Made by a program: the position numbers and the translations under genes. A model generated the notes under the pieces. It ran no database searches. It was given only the letters and a program-made list of their open reading frames with translations, and had not been told where the DNA came from. A DNA stretch of 64,000 bases from an uncultured bacterium (GTDB lineage Bacteria > Chloroflexota > UBA5177 > JANWHV01): assembly GCA_963827235.1 (NCBI GenBank), contig CAWHAE010000014.1, positions 192,001 through 256,000 on the forward strand. Direction: 5' to 3'. Below are positions 30,090 to 40,611 of this stretch, one piece after another; position 1 is the stretch's first letter; the number at the start of each line of letters is the position of its first letter.

Positions 30090-31070
30090 CTAGTCGCTGC
30101 CGGCGGTGCGCGCGTAGATCCAGGCAAGCACGAGATCCACCGTGCCGTACGGAACCTGCCTGAACGCCTCTTCCCCTTGTTAAGGAGATTGAGCAGACTG
30201 CCGAGCACGGTGAGAATGAGCACTCCCACTATGGTACCGCCATAGCCTCCGCTGCCGCCTAGAATCGAGGTACCGCCGATCACGACGCAGGCCACCAACT
30301 GCGAGAGGTGGGGCGTCGCGATGGCAGTGTCCACCGCTCCGAGTACCCGGCCAGCAGAAGACCTGCCATAGCGTTCATCAGACCGCTCAGCGTGTAAACG
30401 GCTAACTGCACCTGCCAGGTACGCACGCCTGCCGACTGGCTGGCCACCGGGTTCGCACCCGCGGCGTACACACATCGACCGAAGCCGGCAGCGCGGAGGA
30501 CAAGAATGGCGGCGACCACAAGCTCGGCCCAGACCACGATGGCAATCGGCACGTAGCTGAACCATTTCCAGACCCGGCCCGCCGAATAATCTCCGGCACG
30601 AGCGGCGCCGCAGAGGAGTTGGCGGCCCAGATCGTGATCGGGCCGGACAGCATGCCGCTCATGACGAGCGTCATGATCAACGGGGATACGCCGGATGATC
30701 CCACGCCGATGCCGTTGACGAGGCCGATAAGCACTACGATCAAGAGCGCCTCGATGGTTGTTCTCGGCGTGCTGACCAGGGCATTCTGCGACAGGAAATA
30801 CTCGGCGATGGGGGCGGTCACCGTGACCGGCAGGTCGATGCCGGTCGTGAGCACGACGAGCGTATGGCACGCCGCCAGCACGCCCAGGGAAACCGCGTGA
30901 TGGACAAGCTCAAGGCCGACAGGTAGCCCGGGCTGGCTATGTCGGTTGCGATGGCCAGGGCGACGAGCAATACGACGAGCACTACCAGCGGATACTCGCT
31001 CACCGGTCGCCGCAGGCGCGTCAGGCGATCGGGAATGGAGTCCGCGCTTCCACGATCGGCAACACGGTGG
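30090..31070 (-). pseudogene. Degraded ribose-type sugar ABC permease
   Basis: Fragments TGIDLPV, GLVNG...PLIMTL, FGRCVYAAGANP, VVIGGTSILGGSG are spread across frames (at least 4 shifts) with substitutions in conserved motifs; 5' end approximate. Confidence 0.7.
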
Positions 31071-31723
31071 TGGTCAACGCGTTGAAGTGCCTGGTTGCCG
31101 CCGATCTGGCACGGCGCGGCCAACCTCCCCTGGTGCTGGCCGGAGCTTGGAGCGTGGGAGACCGGGCAGCAGTGCGCTTTGAGAAGACCGACGACGGCTA
31201 CCGTGACCGCGGGAATCTCGCGTATGGCGGCTAACCTTTCCCGGTACGCGGCCGTCTGTGCCGGGAACTGAGTCTGCCGTGAGCGGTCGCCACTCACCCG
31301 GTGCACAAGGAGGCACACGGTTGAGATGGAGGGGCCGGTGTGAACCGAGCTGCCTTCCGACCGCGGACCCCCCTCACGGGAGGCGTGACGTGCTCGTGGC
31401 CGGTTCCCGACGCACTTGCTGAATGTGGGACGCCGATCGAAGATCACATGCAGGGCGGCGACAGTGACTAGGCGTATGTGCGCGAATGCGGGCGGAACCC
31501 GCACAGCGTTCTTTGACCCGGGCGGTCGGCACTGTCCCTGGTTGCCGGAAGCCGCCTGCCAGCGGCGCATGAATCCCTTGCCGATAGGCTCTCCAGCGGT
31601 CAACGCGAGGCTATCGGTCGGCAATCGCGTGCAGGGGACGCCGGCGGCGCAGTCCATAGCAGCACTCAAGCGCGTGTTGGTACAAACGCTGAGAGCCCGC
31701 ATGCGGGCGATGGGAGCAGTGCT

Positions 31724-32638
31724 TTGAGCACAATTCGGACCGTCCTCGGCGACGTGCAGCCATTTGCATTCGGAGTCGTCCTGGCGCACGAGCACGCGAT
31801 CACGCGACCGCCGGCCGACCTCTCCGAGGAGGATTTGTGGCTGGACAATCCCGAGTTGTCGACGGCTGAGCTTACGTCCTACCGCGAAGCCGGTGGCAGT
31901 GCTATCGCCGAGATGACCACCGTCGACTACGGGCGCGATCTCGCCGCGCTGGCGACCCTGTCGCGTAGGTCCGGTGTCGGCATCGTCGCTGCCACCGGCT
32001 TCAACAAAGCCAAGTTCGCCGACCGGTTCACCACCGCGCAGAGCGTGGCCGAGATCGCTGGCCGGATGATCAGCGAGATTCGTGGCGGCGATGGGGCCGT
32101 TCGCGCGGGCATGATCAAGGCGGCCAGCAGCCTGGACGGGGCGGGAGAGAATGAGCTCAAGGTCTTTGAGGCGGCGGCTGCAGCGCACGGGGAGACAGGA
32201 GCGCCGATCAGCACACATACGGAGAAGGGCACGTGGGCGCTCGAGCAGGTGGCACTCCTTACGTCGCGCGGCGTGGCACCGAGCAGCATACTCGTAGGCC
32301 ACCTCGACTTCAGAGCCGATCTGAGCAGCGTCGTCGAGGTCGCGAAGTCCGGCGTGTTCGTCGGCCTGGACCAGTTCGGCAAGGACAAGTACTTGCCTGA
32401 CGCGGAGCGGGTTCGCTTCGTGCTCGGTCTGGTCGACGCCGGCTATCTGCACCAGATCGTGATCTCCGGCGACATGGCCAGGCGATCGTCCCTGCGCGCC
32501 TACGGCGGCGGGCCCGGTTTCACGCATATACCGATACGAGTGCGAAGCATGCTGATCGAGGCCGGTCTCAGCACGGTCGACGTGGAGCAGATACTGCTGC
32601 ACAATCCCTCGCGGTTCCTGGCATTCGATCCCGCCTGA
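31724..32638 (+). CDS. Phosphotriesterase-related amidohydrolase
   Basis: IRTVLGD, HEH, GMIK, STHT, VGHLD, SGD metal ligands. Confidence 0.9.
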   Translation: MSTIRTVLGDVQPFAFGVVLAHEHAITRPPADLSEEDLWLDNPELSTAELTSYREAGGSAIAEMTTVDYGRDLAALATLSRRSGVGIVAATGFNKAKFADRFTTAQSVAEIAGRMISEIRGGDGAVRAGMIKAASSLDGAGENELKVFEAAAAAHGETGAPISTHTEKGTWALEQVALLTSRGVAPSSILVGHLDFRADLSSVVEVAKSGVFVGLDQFGKDKYLPDAERVRFVLGLVDAGYLHQIVISGDMARRSSLRAYGGGPGFTHIPIRVRSMLIEAGLSTVDVEQILLHNPSRFLAFDPA

Positions 32639-32707
32639 GACGCCGAGCAGATGCGAGAGCCGGCCTTCCGCGACGAAAGGACTCCCCCGACTGTCCGCCA
32701 ACACCGG

Positions 32708-32736
32708 TTGACGCCAACTGAACTGCCAAGTAGGAT
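32708..32736 (+). promoter_or_regulatory. Sigma70-type promoter
   Basis: TTGACG-N17-TAGGAT. Confidence 0.5.
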
Positions 32737-33082
32737 GGTCGCATAGTGCAGGTATCCGGAGGCTGACAGCCTCCCAGCCAGCGCCTAGAATGGAGACTTC
32801 CTATGTACGCACGCGGGAAGCCACATCTGTTCTTCGGAGTCTTGCAGATCGATTGATGCCGGCCCGGCCTTCCTGTGGATTACGCGACAGTTGGTCCGTA
32901 GGATTGCCGGAATAGGAGGGGGTATTCGCTCGTCGCCACCCCGCAGGCCATCCGCCCGCGCACTACTTGGGTCCTCGAGATCGGCATCATTCGAGGAACG
33001 AATGCGGCGGAGCCGTTTCGAGCCGACGGATGGCATTCCAGGCGGATGCCGAAGGTAGGAACTGCTCGTCTTGGATACGACC

Positions 33083-33117
33083 GAGAGGGGAGGGCGGCGG
33101 AAGCGCCCTCCCCTCTC
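33083..33117. terminator. Stem-loop, probable terminator
   Basis: GAGAGGGGAGGGCG-7nt-CGCCCTCCCCTCTC perfect 14-bp stem. Confidence 0.55.
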
Positions 33118-33431
33118 TGCGTCTGCTTCATTCCCTCGCGCCCGGCGTCAGCGCGACGACTACCTGGTGCCACGCTCCAGCCCAGCAACCGCGTACACTG
33201 GTAGAGCCTGCTTGCGCACGCGCCGACGCAGTGTGGCACCTGGCAGCCTGCGCCACGGCGAGCCCCACCGTTACTGCGCGGCCTGCTAGCGTGCCATATA
33301 TGCGCACAGCCGGCCGATAAGAGGTCAACAAAACGTCTTTGCGGAGGTAGACCGGCCTGCGGCCACGGACGCCTGGCAGCACCGGGGCGACAATGGTCGC
33401 AGGAGACGTGAGCTTGTGTTGTCGGCTGCTA

Positions 33432-33605
33432 CTAGTACCCCGATGGTGTCTTGCATCCAAACGTCGACACCAACTGGTGACTCTTACGCTCTCCACACTT
33501 TGGGCACGGCGGCGGCTCCTCCTTGAGCTTCTGATACTCGGCAATCGGCATGGTGACCTGAAATCGTTCACCGCACGCTTGGCACTCGAACTCATACGCG
33601 GCCAT
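33432..33605 (-). CDS. FmdB-family zinc ribbon protein
   Basis: YEFECQACG...CPKCG...QLVSTF; purine-rich RBS. Confidence 0.85.
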   Translation of the reverse strand: MAAYEFECQACGERFQVTMPIAEYQKLKEEPPPCPKCGERKSHQLVSTFGCKTPSGY

Positions 33606-34178
33606 TTGCCTTCCCCTTGACACTACACCGGTTCGTCGTCCGATGGAGCGGCCGACGTTCCACCTATCGACCCAGTGGGCGTTCCCCTTTCCGGGCGATT
33701 CCCATCGCCACGCTGCCTCCGTTCATCACCTCTACCAAGCGTACACCCGGAGCAATCTGACCACCAGCGTTTGTCGGCCTTCCCGCAAGCGTTGCCCAGA
33801 CCCACGCCACCTCCGCTCGACAGTGGTGCGCCACGGAGCCCATAAGCGGATCGCGTGTCTGCCGGGAGCGGCCACGTCGTTTGTCGTTCCCGTAACGCGC
33901 AGGAGCCCCCCACCGGTGGAGGCATACCGAGTGCGCCTGGCGGTGCCGGACACGAAGCGCTGTGCGACATTGCCCCGATTGGCTCCCCCGTGCTGGTGAT
34001 GGTACAAGCGGCGCTCAGGCCCTATTATGGTCTCGTGCCCGGACCGGCCTCGGGCAGATGCTGCCGGAATACTTCTGACCCGCATGCTCGGCTACACAGG
34101 GCCTGTACTCTCACGCGGGAACTCGTGGAGCGGCGGTCTCGTTCACAAGCACGCCACGCGGAATTGAGAGGATGGCCG

Positions 34179-34982
34179 ATGACCAAGGGACACGCGTTAA
34201 TAGCACTTGCGCTGGTCGGGAGCACGATCTTGTCGTCGGGCGGCGCGTACGCCGCTCGCGGTACTGGCAAGAGTCCTGAGAATGGCAGAGCGACGCCGAG
34301 GAGTGGCGCCATAAAGGGCTTTGGTCCCACCGTGAGCCTGGCACCATTCCGTGCCGGGCAGGAGACAGGTGTGGTGGTCGCACCCACGCAGACCGGCTGG
34401 ACGATGAGCCTGCCGCAGGCTCTGCCCCTTTCAGTCACAGTGGTCAGCACGACGACCGTGGTAGAAGCGGGCGGCCAGGTCACCGCGGCGTCCGTGCAAC
34501 CGGGACTCTGGGTAAACGTCGCCGGTTCTTACGACCGCACGTCGCAGAGCTTCGTCGCCCGGCGGGTAACCGTGTTGCTACCGCGCGTCGACGGCATCGT
34601 GCAAACCGGCGGCACCAGCCAGTTGACGGTTCTGACCAATCGCGGCAGCACAATCGCGGTCAATGCCACCCAGTCTACGAAGTGGCTGCGCACCGTGGCC
34701 TTGCGAAGGATGATGCGACGTGCCGGACCTCGGGCAGGCACCACGCCGATCAGCGGCACTGTCACGTTGAGCGGGACAACTTCCCTGAGCGGTACGACCT
34801 CAATCAGCGGCACAGTCACTCAGCCGCCGGCGGCTGCGGCCGGAGCGGCAGCCGGCGAGAGAGTGCTCGTCGAAGGCACCATCGATGCGAGCGGCATCTC
34901 GATGACCGCGTTGCGGATCCTGGTGGGCGTCCCCGCCGGGCCAGCCGCGATGTTCCCGGACGACGCTGGGAGTCATGGTTAG
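34179..34982 (+). CDS. Secreted DUF5666-like repeat protein
   Basis: GAGGA RBS; signal peptide ending AYA; two OB-like repeats (VQPGLWVNVAG...FVARRV; GERVLVEG...TALRI). Confidence 0.65.
   Translation: MTKGHALIALALVGSTILSSGGAYAARGTGKSPENGRATPRSGAIKGFGPTVSLAPFRAGQETGVVVAPTQTGWTMSLPQALPLSVTVVSTTTVVEAGGQVTAASVQPGLWVNVAGSYDRTSQSFVARRVTVLLPRVDGIVQTGGTSQLTVLTNRGSTIAVNATQSTKWLRTVALRRMMRRAGPRAGTTPISGTVTLSGTTSLSGTTSISGTVTQPPAAAAGAAAGERVLVEGTIDASGISMTALRILVGVPAGPAAMFPDDAGSHG
34749..34820 (+). repeat. Four imperfect 18-bp in-frame tandem repeats
   Basis: Encode ISGTVT/LSGTTS/LSGTTS/ISGTVT. Confidence 0.75.
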
Positions 34983-35070
34983 CAGATAGTCCGAACGCCA
35001 GACCTGCCTGCCGTTGAGACGACACGCGCGGGCTCCGGAGCGGTTCGCGGAGAAGCGCCGGGCTGACTGA

Positions 35071-35111
35071 GACGGGGCGCAGCCTGCAACCACGGCAGGC
35101 TGCGCCCCGTC
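35071..35111. terminator. Stem-loop after the DUF5666-like gene
   Basis: GACGGGGCGCAGCCTGC-7nt-GCAGGCTGCGCCCCGTC perfect 17-bp stem. Confidence 0.65.
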
Positions 35112-35123
35112 CAATTGTCTCCG

Positions 35124-35166
35124 TGCTATACTGAGTTGCGGAGATAGTTCTGTTACAGACAGATAT
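35124..35166 (+). promoter_or_regulatory. Extended -10 promoter and putative MarR operator
   Basis: TGcTATACT at 35124-35132; AT-rich segment with TCTGT-T-ACAGA inverted repeat (35149-35159) just before marR. Confidence 0.5.
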
Positions 35167-35177
35167 ACCAATCAGGG

Positions 35178-35666
35178 GTGGGCGTGCCGGCTTCAACCGA
35201 GATCAGAACTCAGGCTGCGTCCTCCGTTGGGCCGGAGCTGGCAGGGGCGGTTAGCCGCCTGCATCGTGCGCTCCGACGGCGCGTACGCGAGTCGATGAGC
35301 GGACCCGTGCTGCCCCAGTCACAGGTGGAGATTCTGCGGCTGTTGCTTCGCCGGCCGGGGTTGCGAGCCAGAGAGATAGCCGAGGAGCTCGGCCTGGCAT
35401 CCAACACAGTGAGCACGCTGCTTCATCAGTTGGCGGCCAGGGGCTACCTGGAGCGAGAGGTCGACAACCATGACCGCCGGTCGGCGCGCATCACCATCGC
35501 TCCGGCGGCCGTCGACCGTCTGAACACGTGGAGCGATATGCGGTCCGCTCTCCTGACAGCTGCACTGACGACGCTGGATGCCGCCGACTACGAGCGGATG
35601 GTTGCCTGTCTGCCGGCACTCGAGCGGCTTGCAGGCCTGCTGGAAAGTACATCCGATGTCGACTGA
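35178..35666 (+). CDS. MarR family transcriptional regulator
   Basis: REIAEELGLASNTVS...GYLER...DRRS winged helix. Confidence 0.9.
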   Translation: MGVPASTEIRTQAASSVGPELAGAVSRLHRALRRRVRESMSGPVLPQSQVEILRLLLRRPGLRAREIAEELGLASNTVSTLLHQLAARGYLEREVDNHDRRSARITIAPAAVDRLNTWSDMRSALLTAALTTLDAADYERMVACLPALERLAGLLESTSDVD

Positions 35667-36462
35667 AATGCCCGCCATTTACTGCCGGGACCTGGAGATG
35701 ACCTTCGGCACGACTCGCGCGCTCGACGGGGCAAGCTTCACCGTCTGGCCGGGCGAGGCCTTCGGGCTGCTTGGACCAAACGGCGCCGGCAAGACGACGA
35801 CGATCCGCATCCTGGCCACTCTGCTGCCTCCGGATGGAGGACAGGCGGTGGTCTTCGGCAACGACGTGAGGAAGCATGCCATGGTGGTACGGCGCCTGCT
35901 TGGCTACGTGCCCCAACAGTTGTCTGCGGACTCGTCGCTCACCGGCTTCGAGAACGTGTGGCTTTTCGCCAGGCTCTATGATGTTCCGCGCCGGGAGCGC
36001 AGAGAGCGAATCGAGGAGGTCCTGAACAGCATGGGCCTCGAGGAAGCGGCAGACCGCCTAGTGTCAACCTATTCGGGCGGTATGGTCCGCCGTCTTGAGC
36101 TGGCGCAGGCCCTCGTGAACCGTCCGCGCATACTGATCCTCGACGAGCCTACGGTGGGACTCGATCCCATAGCTCGCTCCGGGGTCTGGGAGCGAGTGCA
36201 GAGCCTGAGGTCAGAGCTCGGCACGACGGTGCTCCTGACCACGCACTACATGGAGGAAGCGGACGCCCTGTGCGATCGCGTGGCCATGATGCATCGAGGT
36301 AGCGTGCGCGCGCTGGGCACACCGTCTGAGCTGAAGGCGTCACTGCACCCCGGGGCCAGCCTCGATGAGGTGTTCAGACACTATACGGGCGATGTCCTAG
36401 ACGATCAGGGGAGTTTTAGAGATGTTCGCAGCGCACGCCGCACCGCACGCCGCCTCGGCTAA
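35656..36462 (+). CDS. ABC exporter ATP-binding protein (DrrA-like)
   Basis: GPNGAGKTT, YSGGM, LDEPTVGLD, TTHYMEEA. Confidence 0.93.
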   Translation: MSTEMPAIYCRDLEMTFGTTRALDGASFTVWPGEAFGLLGPNGAGKTTTIRILATLLPPDGGQAVVFGNDVRKHAMVVRRLLGYVPQQLSADSSLTGFENVWLFARLYDVPRRERRERIEEVLNSMGLEEAADRLVSTYSGGMVRRLELAQALVNRPRILILDEPTVGLDPIARSGVWERVQSLRSELGTTVLLTTHYMEEADALCDRVAMMHRGSVRALGTPSELKASLHPGASLDEVFRHYTGDVLDDQGSFRDVRSARRTARRLG

Positions 36463-37246
36463 TCCCGCCCACGACGTGCCTGCCTGGCGGGTACTTGTCA
36501 GCCGAATCGCCACGCTCTGCCTGGTCGAGCTCTTCAAGATCCGCCATGACCGCACGGAGATCTATACCCGCGCTATCCAGCCGACCCTGTGGCTCCTGAT
36601 CTACGGCGAAACATTCAACAAGCTGCGCGCCATTCCCACAGGCAATCTACCCTACCTGGCATACCTCGCACCGGGCATCATGGCGCAGTCGGCGCTCTTC
36701 ATTGCCATTTTCTACGGCATCCAGATCATATGGGAGCGCGACGCGGGAGTGCTCACCAAGCTGATGGTCACGCCTACGCCGCGTACAGCCCTAGTGGCCG
36801 GTAAGGCCTTTGCCTCCGGCGTGCGGGCCATGAGCCAGGTGTTGATCGTGCTGCTGCTGAGCGCAGTTATGCGCATCGACCTCAACTGGAATCCGCTCCA
36901 CCTGGCTGCCGCGTTCCTGCTTGTGGTAATCGGCTCCGCCTTCTTCTCGATGCTCTCCGTTTCGCTGGCCGGATTGGTGCTCAAGCGTGACCGCCTGATG
37001 GGAATCGGTCAAGCGATCACCATGCCGTTGTTCTTTGCCTCCAACGCACTCTACCCGACGCACTTGATGCCCGCATGGTTGCAGGTCATTAGCAAAGTCA
37101 ATCCGTTGAGCTACGAGGTCGACGGACTCCGAGGAGTCTTGCTGAACACCTCCAGCAACATCCTGCTTGACTTTGCCGTGCTCCTGGTCGCTCTCGTGGC
37201 CGGCGTTATCGCGGCGTCGGCACTTCTGCCGCGCCTGGCCCGCTGA
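36422..37246 (+). CDS. ABC-2 type exporter permease (DrrB-like)
   Basis: YLAPGI, WERDAG, PLFFASNALYP, NPLSY; about 6 TM helices. Confidence 0.9.
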   Translation: MFAAHAAPHAASANPAHDVPAWRVLVSRIATLCLVELFKIRHDRTEIYTRAIQPTLWLLIYGETFNKLRAIPTGNLPYLAYLAPGIMAQSALFIAIFYGIQIIWERDAGVLTKLMVTPTPRTALVAGKAFASGVRAMSQVLIVLLLSAVMRIDLNWNPLHLAAAFLLVVIGSAFFSMLSVSLAGLVLKRDRLMGIGQAITMPLFFASNALYPTHLMPAWLQVISKVNPLSYEVDGLRGVLLNTSSNILLDFAVLLVALVAGVIAASALLPRLAR

Positions 37247-37485
37247 TCCCCGCGAGCAGACGAAATACGGCATCTGCAGCCTTGTCGCCGGCCATGCCCA
37301 CGGTTCGCTGCACTCTGCACGAGCGCCCTTCCCCAGCGCGGTGCGCGGCCGTGATCTCTACGCGGCGCCTTCGGCGAACTCGCCGGATCGGTGCTTGATC
37401 ACGTTTTGCGCCGACGTGGTACCCTCGATGCACTGGGTTGCGCCGGCACAGTGCGGGTGCGCCCAATGTAGGAAAGCAGCAGGCA

Positions 37486-37704
37486 ATGGCGCAAGGTACA
37501 ATCGCTCGGCTCACCGACCGGGGATTTGGGTTCATCGATCAGGGCAACGGACAGGATGTATTCTTCCATAGCACGGCACTGGTCGGCGTAGCGTTCGAGA
37601 GCCTCAGGAAGGGCGATCACGTGGAGTTCGACCGCGAGCGCGATCCACGCGGACGCGGCGACCGGGCGGTCAACGTGAGGCGAATCGACGCCACGCAGGA
37701 TTAG
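37486..37704 (+). CDS. Cold shock domain protein
   Basis: RGFGFI (RNP1), DVFFH (RNP2), AVNV. Confidence 0.92.
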   Translation: MAQGTIARLTDRGFGFIDQGNGQDVFFHSTALVGVAFESLRKGDHVEFDRERDPRGRGDRAVNVRRIDATQD

Positions 37705-37873
37705 TGTCCTACTGTCGGCTGCTCTGCCGGGCCCATTGGGCGCGCCGGAGCCTCCCGGTAGTGCCGGCGTGACGCGGCGCGGCGCGCGAACGAGAGAACA
37801 TCGCGGTTTGTGCCTTTTCCTCGTCGCAGCCCTGCCGCTTCCGCCATCGGTCGGACAGCGCCCCATACCTGTC

Positions 37874-37916
37874 AAACTCGAGGACGGCGCGCATTCTGCG
37901 CGCCGTCCTCGAGTTT
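37874..37916. terminator. Bidirectional intrinsic terminator
   Basis: AAACTCGAGGACGGCGCGCA-TTC-TGCGCGCCGTCCTCGAGTTT 20-bp perfect stem between convergent genes. Confidence 0.7.
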
Positions 37917-37952
37917 AGTGGTCGTGCTAGCCCCGTCTCCGCGAAGGCAGGC

Positions 37953-38750
37953 TCAGCCGCCTCCCGCCATACTGAAATCGGTCGCAGCCACGGCGCCCGT
38001 CATCAGGCTGACTGCCTGGTCCATGGTGTCGGTCGGGTAGAGCGTGCCGACCCGCCGGCCGTGACGCAGCACGACAATCCGGTCGGCCACCGCCCACACG
38101 TGCGGCATGTTGTGGCTGATGAAGATGACCGCCACGCCTTGGTCGCGAATTCGCTTCAACAGCTCGAGCACGACGCCGGCTTGAGCAACGCCCAAGGCCG
38201 CGGTCGGCTCGTCCAGGATCACGATATCCTTGCCCCAGAGCACGGCGCGCGCCACGGCGACAGACTGACGTTGGCCGCCCGAGAGAGTCTCCACCGTCTG
38301 CCGGATCGACTTCACGTTGACGCGAAGTTCCTTGAGGTGCCTGCTGGCGTCCTCACGCATCAGGCGCTGGTTGTAGACATCCAGCAGGCCGAGAAGGCCA
38401 CGGTACTTGATCTCGCGTCCCAGGTAGAGATTCGCCGCGACGTCCAAATCCGGTGCCAGGGCCAGATCCTGGTATACGGTCTCGATACCCGCGTTTCTGG
38501 CCTCGCGCGGTGAGTGGAAGCTGACCTCGCGCCCGTGCACCTTGATCACACCGGAGTCAGGTCGCAGCACACCGGCAAGTACCTTGATCAGCGTGGACTT
38601 CCCCGCACCGTTGTCGCCTATGAGCGCCGCGATTTCGCCGGGGTACACTTCGTAGTCGGCGCCTTCCAGCGCCACCACGTTGCCGAAGTGCTTTGAGATG
38701 CCGCGCGCCTCCACCGCGGCAGTGCGGCTCTCCGTCGGGGCAGCGACCAT
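37953..38750 (-). CDS. Monosaccharide ABC transporter ATP-binding protein (single domain)
   Basis: GDNGAGKSTL, GIETVYQDLAL, LSGGQRQ, LDEPTAALG. Confidence 0.92.
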   Translation of the reverse strand: MVAAPTESRTAAVEARGISKHFGNVVALEGADYEVYPGEIAALIGDNGAGKSTLIKVLAGVLRPDSGVIKVHGREVSFHSPREARNAGIETVYQDLALAPDLDVAANLYLGREIKYRGLLGLLDVYNQRLMREDASRHLKELRVNVKSIRQTVETLSGGQRQSVAVARAVLWGKDIVILDEPTAALGVAQAGVVLELLKRIRDQGVAVIFISHNMPHVWAVADRIVVLRHGRRVGTLYPTDTMDQAVSLMTGAVAATDFSMAGGG

Positions 38751-38974
38751 CTGATTCCCCCCTCTAAGCGGACCTGCTGCGCAGCGCCCGCTTCTCACCG
38801 GGCGTTCGGCACCCGGGCCCAATACTGCGCCACATGCCCGAAGCCTTGGGCCGGCCCGTGAGTGCGGTGCGACGCCGTGCGAAGCTCACGTCTTGCCTTA
38901 TGATAGTTCGGAGACCGTTCATGGCGCCACTCGCCCAAGTTGCCTACGACGCCGTAGTGCATCGCCACCAACGC

Positions 38975-39212
38975 GAAAGCGCTTACCAGTGATGACCAGT
39001 GCGATAATATCCGCGCGCCCGTGGGCCTGTCAAGGCCGAGTTCGCCAACCCGGTCATATCGCGCACGGCAGGCTGCGAAGTCGGGCGAAGGCCGGCCAAA
39101 TCGCACTCGACCCGCCACGGACCGGCTTGAGAATCGCTTGACGGCGACAAAGTGATGTGATAATGTACAGTCCGGAAAACGCTTACCCCGCAGAGGAGTG
39201 TGAAGCGGTTTC
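38975..39212. promoter_or_regulatory. Divergent promoter region with LacI-type operators
   Basis: GAAAGCGCTTAC (38975-38986), GAAAACGCTTAC (39175-39186), TGAAGCGGTTTC (39201-39212); TTGACG at 39138 and TGtGATAAT at 39156. Confidence 0.65.
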
Positions 39213-39435
39213 GATCGGCCGCCAGAGGCGCCGAAGATGCCTGCGCCTCCCACTAACCAGAGAGGAGGTGACCGTTCCTCGGACAGGTGAAGCAGGGCAA
39301 GCGATGACCTAACGGGTCATCTCGGTTATCCGTCTGGCGACGACCGTGGAATTGGGTGATGCGCCGGGGACCGTGATGCCTGGTGGCAGGTCTCAGGTCG
39401 CCTGCAGTTCTCATAGATGCACTTGGAGGCTACAC

Positions 39436-40501
39436 ATGACTATGGAACGACGTGAACTCTTGAAGCGAGCCGCGGTGTCTCGGCACTGGCGCTGCCATGG
39501 CTGGCACCGGTGCCTCGCTGCTCCGGCCACAGTTCCTTGCCGAAGCCGCCGTGCTGGGCAAACCCCTCAGCAAGATCCGCTTTGAACTCATCGTCAAAAC
39601 CGTGGCCTCGCCTTATTGGTCCATCGTCATCGCGGCCGGCAAGAAAGCGGCCGCGGACCTTGGTGTTACTGGCCTGGCGTACACGGGCGGTCCGTCGGAA
39701 GCGGATATCGCGGCCGAGGTCACGCTGCTTGAGAACGCCATCGTCAAGAAACCCGACTTTATTATCTGCGCACCTACCGACAAGACTGCCCTGAACACCT
39801 CGCTTGACAAGGCCTACAATGGCGGCATTCCGGTCATCCTGATCGATTCCGATGCACCGGCGGCCAGCCGCACCGTATTCCTGGCTACCGACAACTTCGT
39901 AGCCGGCGGCAAGTGCGCGGACGCACTGGCCGCGGCAATCAAGGCCAAGACGGGCTCGGCGTCGGGACCGATCGGCTACACGACGTTCCAATCAAACGTG
40001 GGCTCGCTCAGCGAGCGCGACAACGGCTTCCTGGCCGGCCTCAAGAAGTATCCGGGACTCAAGGTTGTAGCGCACAAGGATGCCGCCGGTGATCCGAGCT
40101 ACCTCAAGGAAGCTACCGTCTTCGCCGACGCGCTGACCGCGAACCCCAACCTGGTGGGCTGGTTCGGCGACAACCTGCAGGGCGTCGAGGGCGCGGCGAA
40201 TGCTGCCAAGGAAAAGCACGTGAACATGAAGAAGTTCTCGCTGGTTGGCTTTGACAGCGACACCAACCTGATCAACTACCTGAAGACCGGCGGCGTCGAC
40301 GGCCTGCTGCTGCAGGATCCCTACATGATGGGCTACGGCGGCGTGTGGTATGGCGTCATGGCTGCCATCGGCATCAAGATGCCGCTGCTCCTCGACACCG
40401 GCTCCACCGTTGCCACGCCCGCCACGGCGAGCAGCGCCGTTGATCGAGGGCATGCTGGATCCCGACTGGCAAGCCGGGCCGCGGCCTCGGCCTCTATGTA
40501 G
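39436..40501 (+). CDS. Sugar ABC substrate-binding protein (RbsB-like) with Tat signal, frameshifted
   Basis: GGAGG RBS, MERRELLK Tat motif; extra base near 39478; IVKT..SPYW, IPVILIDS, ATDN, VGFD, QDPY.MGY; further shifts near 40440-40465, so the true stop is approximate. Confidence 0.85.
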
Positions 40502-40531
40502 TACACTCGATGGCATAGCGAGCTTGTATCA

Positions 40532-40586
40532 GCAAGAGTGGCCACCGCCTGCGCGCGTTCCGCGGCAGCGTGGTGGCCACTCTTGC
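40532..40586. terminator. Intercistronic stem-loop after the binding-protein gene
   Basis: GCAAGAGTGGCCACC...GGTGGCCACTCTTGC 15-bp inverted repeat. Confidence 0.6.
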
Positions 40587-40611
40587 CTTGCTCGTCTGAG
40601 GAGTGATGTTG

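Noticed and set aside
30818-32704. 628-aa minus-strand ORF
   Set aside because: Chimeric reading: antisense of the phosphotriesterase gene running into the first fragment of the decayed permease
32851-32900. TGA-TGC as possible selenocysteine read-through
   Set aside because: The extended frame stops within about 15 codons and no selenoprotein motif or convincing SECIS is evident
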